From an uncultured Phycisphaerales bacterium (GTDB lineage Bacteria > Planctomycetota > Phycisphaerae > Tepidisphaerales > Tepidisphaeraceae), in contig CAVWVQ010000003.1 of NCBI GenBank assembly GCA_963758525.1, positions 192,001 to 256,000 of the forward strand: a stretch of 64,000 bases of DNA, in the 5' to 3' direction. The notes beneath the pieces are model-generated. The model was not told the origin of the DNA and made no database searches. It worked only from the letters and a program-made list of their open reading frames with translations. Shown here piece by piece: positions 10,105 to 19,761 of this stretch (the first letter of the stretch is position 1; each line of letters opens with the position of its first letter). The position numbers were made by a program, and so were the translations under genes.

Positions 10105-12103
10105 TCGGACGCATTCGCTCCAGCCGCGCCCGCTACCGCGAGTACTGCCGCCAAATGCGGCAGACGCGATACGACCCGGCGGCGCGGCGAATACTGCCGA
10201 AGGACGTTGCCGCGCACGATGCGCAGACCGGCCAAAGTCGTCACCGGCGAAGCACGCGCGAATTGATCGGCGCCTTCTGGCGTCAACTGCGCGCGCATCG
10301 CCTCGTGCTGTGGAATGTCCTTCTTACCTCGGGCATCGCGACCCTGGTGGGTTTGCTGCCGCCTTATGGGATGAAGGTCATCTTCGACAATGTCTTCACG
10401 GGCAAGCCACTGCCGAAGGCGATCGCATCATTGCGCTGGATGCCCTCCACGCCGTCGGGACTGCTCTGGACCGTGGTGATGGCGATGTTCGCGCTGTCGG
10501 TCCTCTCGGTGGTGACCAGGACGATCAGCAATTCCATCGCCTATCGGCTGCAACAGCACCTGATTCTGCGGGCGCAGCGGCGCCTCCTGCATCACACGCT
10601 GCGAATGCCGTTGCATCGGCTGCGTCAGATCACGTCCGGCGGTATGTCTTTCATCGTGCGTCACGATGCCAATGCGGTGGGCGATCTGGTGGTCTTCCTC
10701 GTGTACGAACCGTGGAAAGCGATCATTCAATTGCTGGGCTGCTTCGCGGTCCTCGCCTGGGTGGACTGGCGGCTGCTTGCCGGGTCGCTGGCGCTGCTGC
10801 CGCTCCTGTACATGGCACAGCGGACGCGCGTCGGGCGGATTCGCGACATGGCGGAGGATGCGTTGTCCCACGACCAGCAGCTTGACGGTCAAACCGCCGA
10901 ACTCTTCGGCGGCATCCGCGTCATCCGCGGCTTCGGCCGTGAATCCACCGTCGCGGCGCGGATGCTCCGCCGGCACCACTTCGTCTCGCGCCTGCAGTTG
11001 CTGTCCTGGTGGCTGTTCCGGAGCGTGGATGTCGGCTGGATGATTCTGATTCCGCTGGCGTCGGCCGTCCTCCTGGCGGTGGGCGGAGCACGCGTGCTTC
11101 ACGATGCGGCGGAAGTCGCCGCCGGGCGCCGGCGCCGGCGCATGCCTTTTCCGTCGGCAGCCTGGTCATGTTCATGGCGTATCTGGCATGGCTGCTCAAT
11201 CCGCTGGCGGCGCTGGCGCGCACCAGCACACACCTGCAGAACGCCCTGGCGGGTATGAACCGTGCATTAGACGTGTTGGAAGAGCCCGTCGAGGCCGCGA
11301 CGCAAGGCGCGATTTGCAATCTGCGGCCGTCGGGGGATGGAGCCGTCTCGCTGAGCGATGTGTGGTTCACCTATCCCGGCAGCGACGAACCCGTGCTGCG
11401 CGGCATCGATCTCGACGTGCCCGCCGGCCAGACTGTTGCGCTGGTCGGCCCCAGCGGCGCCGGAAAGTCCACGCTCACCAATCTCATCGCTCGCTTCTAC
11501 GACCCCGACCAGGGAACCGTCCGACTGGACGGCGCCGATGTGCGTCTGATCGACGTGAGGTTCTGCCGCAAAATGATGGCGCTCGTCGATCAGGACATCT
11601 TCCTCTTCGACGGCACGATCGGCGAGAATATCGCGTGCGGCAACCGCCGCGCGTCGGCCCGCGAGATCGTCGAGGCGGCCAAGGGCGCTCACGCCCACGA
11701 GTTCATCACGGAATTGCCCGAGGGTTACAACACTTCCGTGGGCGAGCGCGGCCTGCGCTTCTCCGGCGGACAACGCCAGCGCATCGCGATCGCGCGAGCA
11801 ATGCTCGCCGATCCAAAGATTCTCATTCTCGACGAGGCCACCAGCCATCTCGATCCGGAAAACGAGCGTCTCATCCAACAATCCCTTGCGTCGCTCATGG
11901 CCGGCCGCACATGCTTCGTCATCGCCCATCGTCTCAGCACGATCCGTCACGCCGACCAGATCGTGGTCCTCGAGGAGGGCCGAATCACCGAGCGCGGCCG
12001 GCACGAAGAATTGATGCTCAGCAGCAGCCGATACCGGCGGATGATTCAGCTGCAACTGGGCGTCGAGGAGTCGGCGTCGCAGCCGGAAGAAGCCGTGGTT
12101 TAG
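10101..12103 (+). CDS. ABC exporter, TMD+NBD (MsbA-like), frameshift near 11130; no C39 peptidase domain
   Basis: TMD in ORF 10101..11258; NBD in ORF 11009..12103 with GPSGAGKST, FSGGQRQRIAIARA, ILILDEATS, VIAHRLST. Confidence 0.9.
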
Positions 12104-12138
12104 AATCACGCATCAAGTTTGCGGATCAGATTCGAACC

Positions 12139-12534
12139 TCAACGCGAGACCTCAGGGTCCTCCGCCAATCCCTGCTCAACTAACATCCTCTTGAATTCCT
12201 TCGGCGTGCGAATGGAATCCATCGCACCCTTCCGAATTCGTTCGAGCAGATCGCCTGATACAGGTTCAAACATTTTCCGCAAACCCGCTTTCACCATCGC
12301 ATCGAGTTCGGCGTTCGACGCCTTCGCATTGCCACGGGAATAGGTGATACACGTGCGATTCGTAACCGTCGAGTGGGCTCCCGGCAGAAGCACGCAGGTG
12401 TGGTCCTCGCGTGCGTCCCAACTTGTCATGCCCACGAAAAGCACCTTATCGGGGTGCTGGTCTGGGTTGGAGATGATCACTTTCGCGTGTCGGTCCGCGG
12501 CTTTGACAAGCCGGAACACATCCCCTTGTTTCAC
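12139..12534 (-). CDS. Hypothetical protein, putative toxin partner of the Panacea antitoxin (weak PemK/MazF-like look)
   Basis: The start overlaps the Panacea gene's stop; 131 aa, N-terminal MKQGDVF..HAKVIISNP..VLFVGMTS. Confidence 0.55.
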   Translation of the reverse strand: MKQGDVFRLVKAADRHAKVIISNPDQHPDKVLFVGMTSWDAREDHTCVLLPGAHSTVTNRTCITYSRGNAKASNAELDAMVKAGLRKMFEPVSGDLLERIRKGAMDSIRTPKEFKRMLVEQGLAEDPEVSR

Positions 12535-13097
12535 GCGTCCCTCACGGCGCCCAGAGCATCTTCAAAAGCCGCCTCCGCCTGCTCGTCGGCAATAAGACGT
12601 TCTTCGTAATCCGTCATTCCGAGAGCCTCCAGCACATCATGGAGTGGTATGTCCTTCTTGCTTCCCTCCGGTGGCTGATTCTTGCTCCATTCGGGGAACT
12701 TGTGAGTCTCGTCGGCAATATCGTAATCGGTCATGCCCCGTCGCATTGCACTCACGGCTCGCAATTTCCTGATCTCGTACTCGGAGAGGGTGTCATCACC
12801 CGGTTGGCCGACCAACATATGACTGCGTTCGCCATCCTGAGCGATGTATTTGTCCCAGATGGCATTTCCGGGCTGCGATTCACGTCTGATCAGTTTATAG
12901 GTTTTTGACAAAACGGGGCCGTGATCCATCGCTACGACATCATCGCCGGTGATCGGCTGAAGAGTTTCCGCAATGCTCTCGCGATCAGCGATGTAGAGCA
13001 GCTTCAGCAACCGCAATCTGGTCATTTTCCCACCCTCCTGTTGCAAGAGGGTGGATGCCGCCTGTACGGCCTTGAGCGTGTTGAATGAAATGACCAT
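12531..13097 (-). CDS. Panacea-domain (DUF4065/SocA-like) antitoxin
   Basis: KAVQAASTLL..MTRLRLLKLLYIADRES..PITGD..AMDHGPVLS..ETHKFPEW. ORF open to 13154; likely ATG at 13097. Confidence 0.85.
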   Translation of the reverse strand: MVISFNTLKAVQAASTLLQQEGGKMTRLRLLKLLYIADRESIAETLQPITGDDVVAMDHGPVLSKTYKLIRRESQPGNAIWDKYIAQDGERSHMLVGQPGDDTLSEYEIRKLRAVSAMRRGMTDYDIADETHKFPEWSKNQPPEGSKKDIPLHDVLEALGMTDYEERLIADEQAEAAFEDALGAVRDA

Positions 13098-13378
13098 CGC
13101 CGAACCACCTGCTGCGTTATGCGTTAATTCGATATTGTATGTCGTGCGTCCCATTCGACAAACTCGGCGGCTTGGCCGAGCAGGGCTTCTGCGACATAGA
13201 CATTCATATCGAAGAATATCTTCATCGATCGCGAGGCCTTGCTACCGTCTGATCAATGCTTCGTGGTGGATTCCCGCATGGCGCGCGATCTCCCAAGCCG
13301 GACTCGATCTCCGTGATGATGTTGCCAACCGTCGCCTGGCTCATAGGTTACAAATGATAGACAAGACTTCGGCGAATC

Positions 13379-14182
13379 CTATAACAATTCGCTCTGCCGA
13401 TGCGCTGCCATCGACCTCAATTCACGCTCGGCCTGCAACCAGTCTCGCAACTCGGTTCCGTGGGGCCTGCCGTTCGTTTCCCAGAGATGATAGGCGGCTT
13501 GGGCAATTGACTTGTGCGTGATCTCCAACACGTTTGCTGCAGGTTCCGCCGCAGCCTGCGGAATTGCGGGCGGGTCGATCTCGGAAGCGACATCATCGAC
13601 GACTGCCGGGGAGTTTTGCGACTTGAGTTGTGTCAGTGCTTCGGCCGCGGCGGCGCGGACGACGGGGTGGAAAAAGCCGTCCGCGTCGTCCAGCACGGCA
13701 GTCAGCGGCTCGACGGCGCGCGCGTCGCCAAGGGCGGCCACGGCGCAGATGGCCTCGGCGCTGACTTCGGCCATCGGGTCGTTGATCGCACGAACCAGCG
13801 TCGGCGTGGCCGAGCGGTCTCCCAACTGACCGAGACTGACGCAAGCGGCAGCGCGAACCATGGCGTGGAAGTAGCCGCTGATATTCTCGACTGCTTCGAT
13901 CAGCGCAGAGACGGCCGAGCGATCGCCAAGTCGGCCCAGTTCGGCGGCCGCTGCGCACGCCGTGTCGGCTGACGAAGATTGCAGAGCCGCTATCAATTCC
14001 GCGGCGGGCGACACTGTGACTTGAGCCGCTACCCAGCGGCCCGTGCCGACGGGAGCAGGAGCGACCGGACTTTCATTCGGCTGCGCGGGCAGGTCAACGA
14101 ACACCGGAATTCCAGCCCTCTCACGTTCCGGGGACGCGACGACCGGCTGATTCGGCGCCGTGGTTTGTGGATCGCGTGACAT
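13379..14182 (-). CDS. HEAT-repeat (PBS-lyase-like) protein with C-terminal DUF2934 domain
   Basis: AAELGRLGDRSAV, VRAAACVSLGQLGD, AVAALGDARAVEPL; C-terminal IAQAAYHLWETNGRPHG..DWLQAEREL. Confidence 0.8.
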   Translation of the reverse strand: MSRDPQTTAPNQPVVASPERERAGIPVFVDLPAQPNESPVAPAPVGTGRWVAAQVTVSPAAELIAALQSSSADTACAAAAELGRLGDRSAVSALIEAVENISGYFHAMVRAAACVSLGQLGDRSATPTLVRAINDPMAEVSAEAICAVAALGDARAVEPLTAVLDDADGFFHPVVRAAAAEALTQLKSQNSPAVVDDVASEIDPPAIPQAAAEPAANVLEITHKSIAQAAYHLWETNGRPHGTELRDWLQAERELRSMAAHRQSELL

Positions 14183-14298
14183 CGAATTTCCTCCGTGTGA
14201 TATGCGGGCGGAACAGCCGGTTCAAAACAAAGGAACCTGCTGATGAGCCGCCGGCAGAGTTTCGAGCGCAGAAAGAATACCCGAGGGCTGCGCCGAAG

Positions 14299-14880
14299 CT
14301 ATCTCAGGCGGTCTTCTGAAGTGATATGGGCACGTCTGGCTTGGCGCATCCAGGTGAAGTGATGGAAGAAAAGCAGCGCGGCCCCGAGAGCGCCACCGCG
14401 GGCAAAATTGCTGCGGGAGGATATTGCGATCCACATCATGGCGAGCATTACCAGCACGATGTGATAGAGGGCAATCGTCAGAACGCGTTGCTGGGACATC
14501 GCGTCCTTCGCGGAACGATCGCCGGCATGCTGCGAGAGATACCAGAACGCCAGGAGGTTCGTGAGGTGATTCGCCACGAGAATGCCGAACATCACCAGGA
14601 GTGTCCCCAGCAGAAGCTGTTTGAACCCTTCCGGCAGACGGGCGGCTTCGACCAGCCATGTGAGAGCTAAACTCCATCCCAGCACCCATATTGCATATTG
14701 CGCGTCGAACCACTTCTTCTGGTCAATCGCGTTCTGCAAACGAGGATTGAGCGGGTACTGCCCCACCCTGAAATGCTGCGCGTATCGCTTCTCCTTGCCG
14801 ATCGTCCCAAGGAGGCTCAGGAAGTAGTCGGCGAACATCAGCAGCGGCAACAGGAGAACTTCAGGATGCTTCACGTTCAC
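14299..14880 (-). CDS. Hypothetical membrane protein
   Basis: 193-aa ORF with about 5 hydrophobic segments and a GGAGG-like RBS upstream. Confidence 0.6.
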   Translation of the reverse strand: MNVKHPEVLLLPLLMFADYFLSLLGTIGKEKRYAQHFRVGQYPLNPRLQNAIDQKKWFDAQYAIWVLGWSLALTWLVEAARLPEGFKQLLLGTLLVMFGILVANHLTNLLAFWYLSQHAGDRSAKDAMSQQRVLTIALYHIVLVMLAMMWIAISSRSNFARGGALGAALLFFHHFTWMRQARRAHITSEDRLR

Positions 14881-15366
14881 GCCTCCGAAACCCGCTTCAT
14901 CCTCCGATGGAACATCGAAGCAATCTTTACAGCCAGGCGCCTTTCCCGCAGCCCTGCGTGGATCATCTCACGGACTCGTTCGCTCGACGCTTAACGATTC
15001 ATTATTCCCTGCGTTGAGTCCAGCTTGCGACCATAAAGTCGTCAGCTTCCGTTTTTCCTTACCGAGTACACCGCCGGGCTTGGAGATTTGACGAATCAGG
15101 AAATGTTTAACTGATCGCGAGTGGCGCAGCTGAGATGTGCATCACCGCCGGCAGCGAAACCCCCTCTGTCTCAACGCTTTGCGCCGGAGATTGATTCGTG
15201 GAGATGGGCCTGATGCTCGCCGACCGGCGTTCCGCGACCCCGGCTACAGCGCGCACCCACAGCGGTCGAGATGCATCGCCTCTGAGAATGGAACCTGTAA
15301 CAGCGAAGGTGAAACGAATAGGGCCTTGCGCTGGCCGCGGCGGTCGAAGCCGCCCGGCTTCGCCGG

Positions 15367-15441
15367 CTATTTCTTGCCGGCTTTCTTATCCTGCTTGGGC
15401 TTCTTCACTTCCTTCTTTCGAACTTTGTTGCCCTTGCCCAT
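15367..15441 (-). CDS. Small Lys-rich protein, 24 aa (MGKGNKVRKKEVKKPKQDKKAGKK)
   Basis: Below the ORF-track cutoff. AAAGGAG lies shortly upstream of the ATG; TAG stop followed by a GC hairpin. Confidence 0.7.
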   Translation of the reverse strand: MGKGNKVRKKEVKKPKQDKKAGKK

Positions 15442-15773
15442 GATCTGACTCCTTTGATGGGTGTTTGCCGTCGTTGAAGGCTCGAGCGAGCCCGCACTTT
15501 GCTAACTGTTCATATTCTCATCCGTGTTGCAAATGGATATTCGGGAATTCCGACGCCGCCGACCGTCGCGCCTGCGCGGAGCGTGCTATGCTTGTCGAGT
15601 TATTCCTGAACGTCCAAGCGTTTTTGGAAGAGAATAATAATGTCCGCCGAAGCTACGCTCGGCTTTTCACCGCGAGAATCATCTTGAGTGCTGCTCTTCA
15701 TTGAACGCAAACTATCCGGCACTAATCTGCCGCGACGCGTAATCAAATCGTTCCCACTCTTCCGCGAGGCACG

Positions 15774-18316
15774 ATGAATCATCCGGCTCTCACTCCTGAT
15801 GGCGTCAAAACCCCCACTGCCCTGCTCCCCCTTCTCGGCAATGATGCCGCGGCTTTGCGGCTCGGGATGCTCTACCACCTTGAATTCACGCTGGCGGAAT
15901 TGCCGGGACATGTGGACAGCGTGTGGGAGCCGTACGTCAGCCTGGCGCTTTCCATGCGCGATCGGCTGCTGGAGCGATGGATCCGGACGCAGGAGGCGTA
16001 CTACGCGGCCGACGCGAAGCGCGTCTACTACATGTCGCTGGAGTTTCTGATGGGACGGACGCTGGGGAACGCGATGATCAATCTCGGTTTGCTCGAGCAG
16101 TGCGGCGCAGCCGCGCGCGATCTCGGCTATGAGCTGGAGGAACTTCGCGACGCTGAGTGGGACGCAGGCCTGGGCAACGGCGGGCTCGGGCGGCTGGCGG
16201 CGTGCTTCATGGATTCGCTGGCAACGCTGCAGATTCCCGCCTACGGATACGGGATCCGCTACGACTACGGAATCTTCCATCAGCGGATCGTCAACGGCGC
16301 GCAGGTCGAGGTGCCGGACGCGTGGCTTCGCTACGGCAACCCTTGGGAAGTTGCGCGGCCGCTCGATCGCATGCGCGTTCACTACCACGGTCGGGTAAAT
16401 CAGTTCGTCGACGACAAGGGCCGCTTCATCTCTCAATGGGTCGACACCGAAGACGTCTTTGCTGTCCCGTACGACACGCCGATTCCCGGATATCTCAATG
16501 GCACCGTCAATACCGTGCGGCTGTGGAGCGCCCGGGCGACCGACGAATTTGACTTTCGTCATTTCGACTCCGGAGACTACATCGGCGCGGTGCATGCGAA
16601 GGATTTGTCGGAGAACATTTCCAAAGTCCTCTACCCCAACGACAACGCCTTTGAAGGAAAAGAGCTTCGGCTCAAGCAGGAGTATTTTTTTGTCGCCGCC
16701 ACGCTGGCGGACGTTATCCGGCGATACAAGAAGCGGTATCGAATGTTCGACCAGAGCAAGGGGCTCAGAACATTTGACCGCTTTGCCGAGAAGACCGCCA
16801 TTCAGCTCAATGACACGCATCCGGCGCTGGCGATTCCCGAGCTGATGCGGATCCTGGTCGATCTCGAAGGGCTCGATTGGGAGGAGGCATGGGACATCAC
16901 CACGCGCACGTTCGGCTACACCAACCACACCGTCTTGCCCGAGGCGTTGGAGCGATGGCCCGTCGGTTTGTTTGGCTCGGTGCTGCCGCGACATCTGCAA
17001 ATCATCTACGAAATCAACGCCCGCTTTCTCGCCGGCGTCCGCGAGAAGCTTGGGCCGGACGACGATCGCGACCGGCGAATGTCGATCATCGAAGAAGGCG
17101 GAGAGAGGCGCGTCCGCATGGCGACGCTCGCGATCGTTGGCAGCCACAGCGTCAACGGAGTCGCGGCGCTGCACAGCGAGATTCTCAAGAATGAACTCTT
17201 TCGCGATTTCTCGCAGTTCTGGCCGGCCAAGTTCAATAACAAGACCAACGGCGTCACGCAGCGCCGCTGGCTGCTGAAGTGCAACCCCCCTCTCTCCAAG
17301 TTGATCACCGATGCCATCGGCGACGGGTGGATTACGGATTTGTTTCAACTGAAGAAGCTCGCCCCTCTTGCCGATGACGCGTCATTTCAGGGAAAGTGGA
17401 AAGAGTGCAAGCTCGCTAGCAAGAAGCGCCTGGCGGACCTCATCGAGCAGCAGTTCAAGAAGCGTGGCACGCCTGTACGCATCGATCCCAATTCCATTTT
17501 CGACTGTCAGGTGAAACGCCTGCACGAGTACAAACGGCAATTGCTGAATCTGCTGAACGTCATCACCCTCTACCACCGGATTCGCGGCGGAGACCAGGCG
17601 ATCGTGCCGCGCACGGTCATCTTTGGCGGAAAATCCGCGCCCGGCTACTTCATGGCCAAGCTGATCATCCGCCTGATCAATGCCGTGGGCGAAACCGTCA
17701 ACAACGACCCAGCCGTCCAGGACCGGCTCAAGGTGGCGTTTCTTGCCGACTACCGCGTCTCACTGGCGGAGCGCATCTTCCCCGCGGCCGATCTTTCCGA
17801 GCAGATTTCCACCGCCGGCACCGAAGCTTCCGGCACCAGCAACATGAAGCTCTCTCTCAACGGCGCGCTCACCATCGGCACGATGGACGGCGCCAATATC
17901 GAGATCCGCGAAGAAGTCGGCGCGGACAATTTCTTCATCTTCGGCATGAATGCCGCCGAGGTATCGGCGCTGAAATCTCATTACAACCCGTGGGATTTCT
18001 ACAACAGCAACGCCGAGTTGCGCCGCGCATTGGACGCGATCCGCGACGGCCAGTTCAGCCCCGCCGATCGCGGGCTGTTCGCCCCCATTTTTGACTCGCT
18101 GCTGGCCGGCGGCGACCGCTACATGGTGCTGGCGGACTACGCCTCATACATCGAATGTCAGCAGCAAGTCGGCCAGGCTTATGCCGACCCGGCGCGCTGG
18201 CGCGCATGTCCATCCTGAATGTCGCAGGAATGGGGAAGTTTTCCAGCGATCGGTCTATACAGCAATATTGTGATGAGATCTGGGATGCGAAACCGGTAAA
18301 GCCGGCGGTGGGATAG
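15774..18316 (+). CDS. glgP: Glycogen/starch phosphorylase (frameshift near 18200)
   Basis: [24 protein letters not shown] motif EASGTSNMK. The C-terminus [23 protein letters not shown] continues in another frame to TAG at 18316. Confidence 0.95.
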
Positions 18317-18324
18317 TGGCAGAA

Positions 18325-18460
18325 GCCCGAATGCGAAACCACAATCCCGAATCAAATAATCAAATCAGAATAACGAATGACTGAATTGGCAAGTTTCGCC
18401 ATTCGGTCATTCGTCATTCGGTCTTGATTCTGGTTTCTGGTTTCGTCATTCGGATTTTGC
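18325..18460. repeat. Intergenic inverted-repeat element built of GAATGAC-type units (family B)
   Basis: cgaatg/aatcaaat/gaatgac units facing gtcattcg/ttgattct/ttcgtcattcgg; related copies at 42883-43070 and 43600-43812. Confidence 0.7.
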
Positions 18461-18462
18461 CA

Positions 18463-19395
18463 TCAGTACACCTCCGGCACCATCATCTCCTTCGGCACCG
18501 GATGACGCGTGTACTCCGCATGATGCTCCCGCGGCGGCAGTGTGATCTCCGGGTGCTCCACCGGCTCATATTTCACCTGGCTGAGCAGATGGTGGATGCA
18601 ATTGAGCCGGGCCTTTTTCTTGTCGACGGCGTGAACCACCCACCACGGCGCCTCGGGAATGTGCGTGCGGTGCAGCATCACTTCCTTGGCCTTGGTGTAG
18701 TCTTCCCAGCGCCGCCGTGACTCCAGGTCCATCGGGCTGAGCTTCCACTGCTTCAGCGGATCGTGAGTCCGGCAGAGGAAGCGAAATTCCTGCTCGTCAT
18801 CGGTGATCGAGAACCAGTATTTGATCAACTGGATGCCGGAGCGAACCAGCATCTTTTCAAATTCCGGCACGGAGCGGAAGAACTCCTCGTATTGCTCGTC
18901 GTTGCAGAATCCCATCACCCGCTCGACGCCCGCGCGGTTGTACCAACTGCGGTCGAAGAGAACCATCTCGCCAGCTCCCGGGAGATGCGCGACGTAGCGC
19001 TGAAAATACCACTGGGTTTTTTCGCGGTCGCTGGGCGCGGGCAGGGCCGCCACGCGGCAGACCCGCGGATTCAGCCGTTGCGTGATCCGCTTGATGACGC
19101 CTCCCTTGCCGGCCGCGTCGCGCCCTTCAAAGAGGACGACGATTTTGTGCTGGGAGTGCTGCAGCCAATCCTGCAGCTTCACCAGCTCACGCTGCAGCCG
19201 GAAGATTTCGCTGAAATAAAACTTCCGCGCCAGGCGGGCCGCCGTCTTCTCGGCGTCGGTCGCCTTCATTTTTTCGTCGTGCGACTCCTCGGCGTCTTCA
19301 AGTTCCAGCTCGAGCTCTTCGTCAAAGTTGTCTACCACGTCACGATGAATTCGGCCGAATAATTCGCGCTCACTGGTGGAATGGTCTTGGGTCAT
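18463..19395 (-). CDS. ppk2: Polyphosphate kinase 2
   Basis: FEGRDAAGKGG, WYFQRY, FDRSWYNRAGVERVMGF, WKLSPMD. Confidence 0.95.
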   Translation of the reverse strand: MTQDHSTSERELFGRIHRDVVDNFDEELELELEDAEESHDEKMKATDAEKTAARLARKFYFSEIFRLQRELVKLQDWLQHSQHKIVVLFEGRDAAGKGGVIKRITQRLNPRVCRVAALPAPSDREKTQWYFQRYVAHLPGAGEMVLFDRSWYNRAGVERVMGFCNDEQYEEFFRSVPEFEKMLVRSGIQLIKYWFSITDDEQEFRFLCRTHDPLKQWKLSPMDLESRRRWEDYTKAKEVMLHRTHIPEAPWWVVHAVDKKKARLNCIHHLLSQVKYEPVEHPEITLPPREHHAEYTRHPVPKEMMVPEVY

Positions 19396-19548
19396 TTTGA
19401 TATTGCTCGGTCTGGAGAATGAGAAAGCCGCGTCGCCGCGAACCGTCACCAGGATCGAGATGTTGCCCGGCGAATATTAAGAACGATTGAAGACGTGGAG
19501 CATATATCCGGAGTGGGTGTGGCGCTCGAAAGTGGCGATCGGCTCCGA

Positions 19549-19616
19549 GTAGGGCGGGATTCATCCCGCCGATTTGTTGGCCGGCTGAGAAAACGGCGGG
19601 ATGAATCCCGCCCTAC
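19549..19616. repeat. GTAG-headed REP doublet (REPIN)
   Basis: Perfect 22-bp inverted repeat gtagggcgggattcatcccgcc (19549-19570) / ggcgggatgaatcccgccctac (19595-19616); each arm is itself a hairpin. Confidence 0.85.
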
Positions 19617-19761
19617 GATCGCAAAATCTGCCATCGCCACAAATAAAAGTTACACCCTCCGGACTTTGTTTCTGGGCCCGTTTACCGCATACGCAGCCAC
19701 AACCTTCAATAACGCCGCGGCCACCACCGCGGCGCGCGTCAGGCCATGCCGGCGAGCATAT

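Noticed and set aside
2275..12103. Canonical lasso peptide or PQQ biosynthesis cluster
   Set aside because: No lasso cyclase, B2 protease, or pqqB/C/E in the window.
15600..17348. 582-aa antisense ORF, and similar long shadow ORFs (41443..43029, 46502..48043, 58360..59703)
   Set aside because: They lie opposite well-conserved genes and are expected in high-GC DNA.
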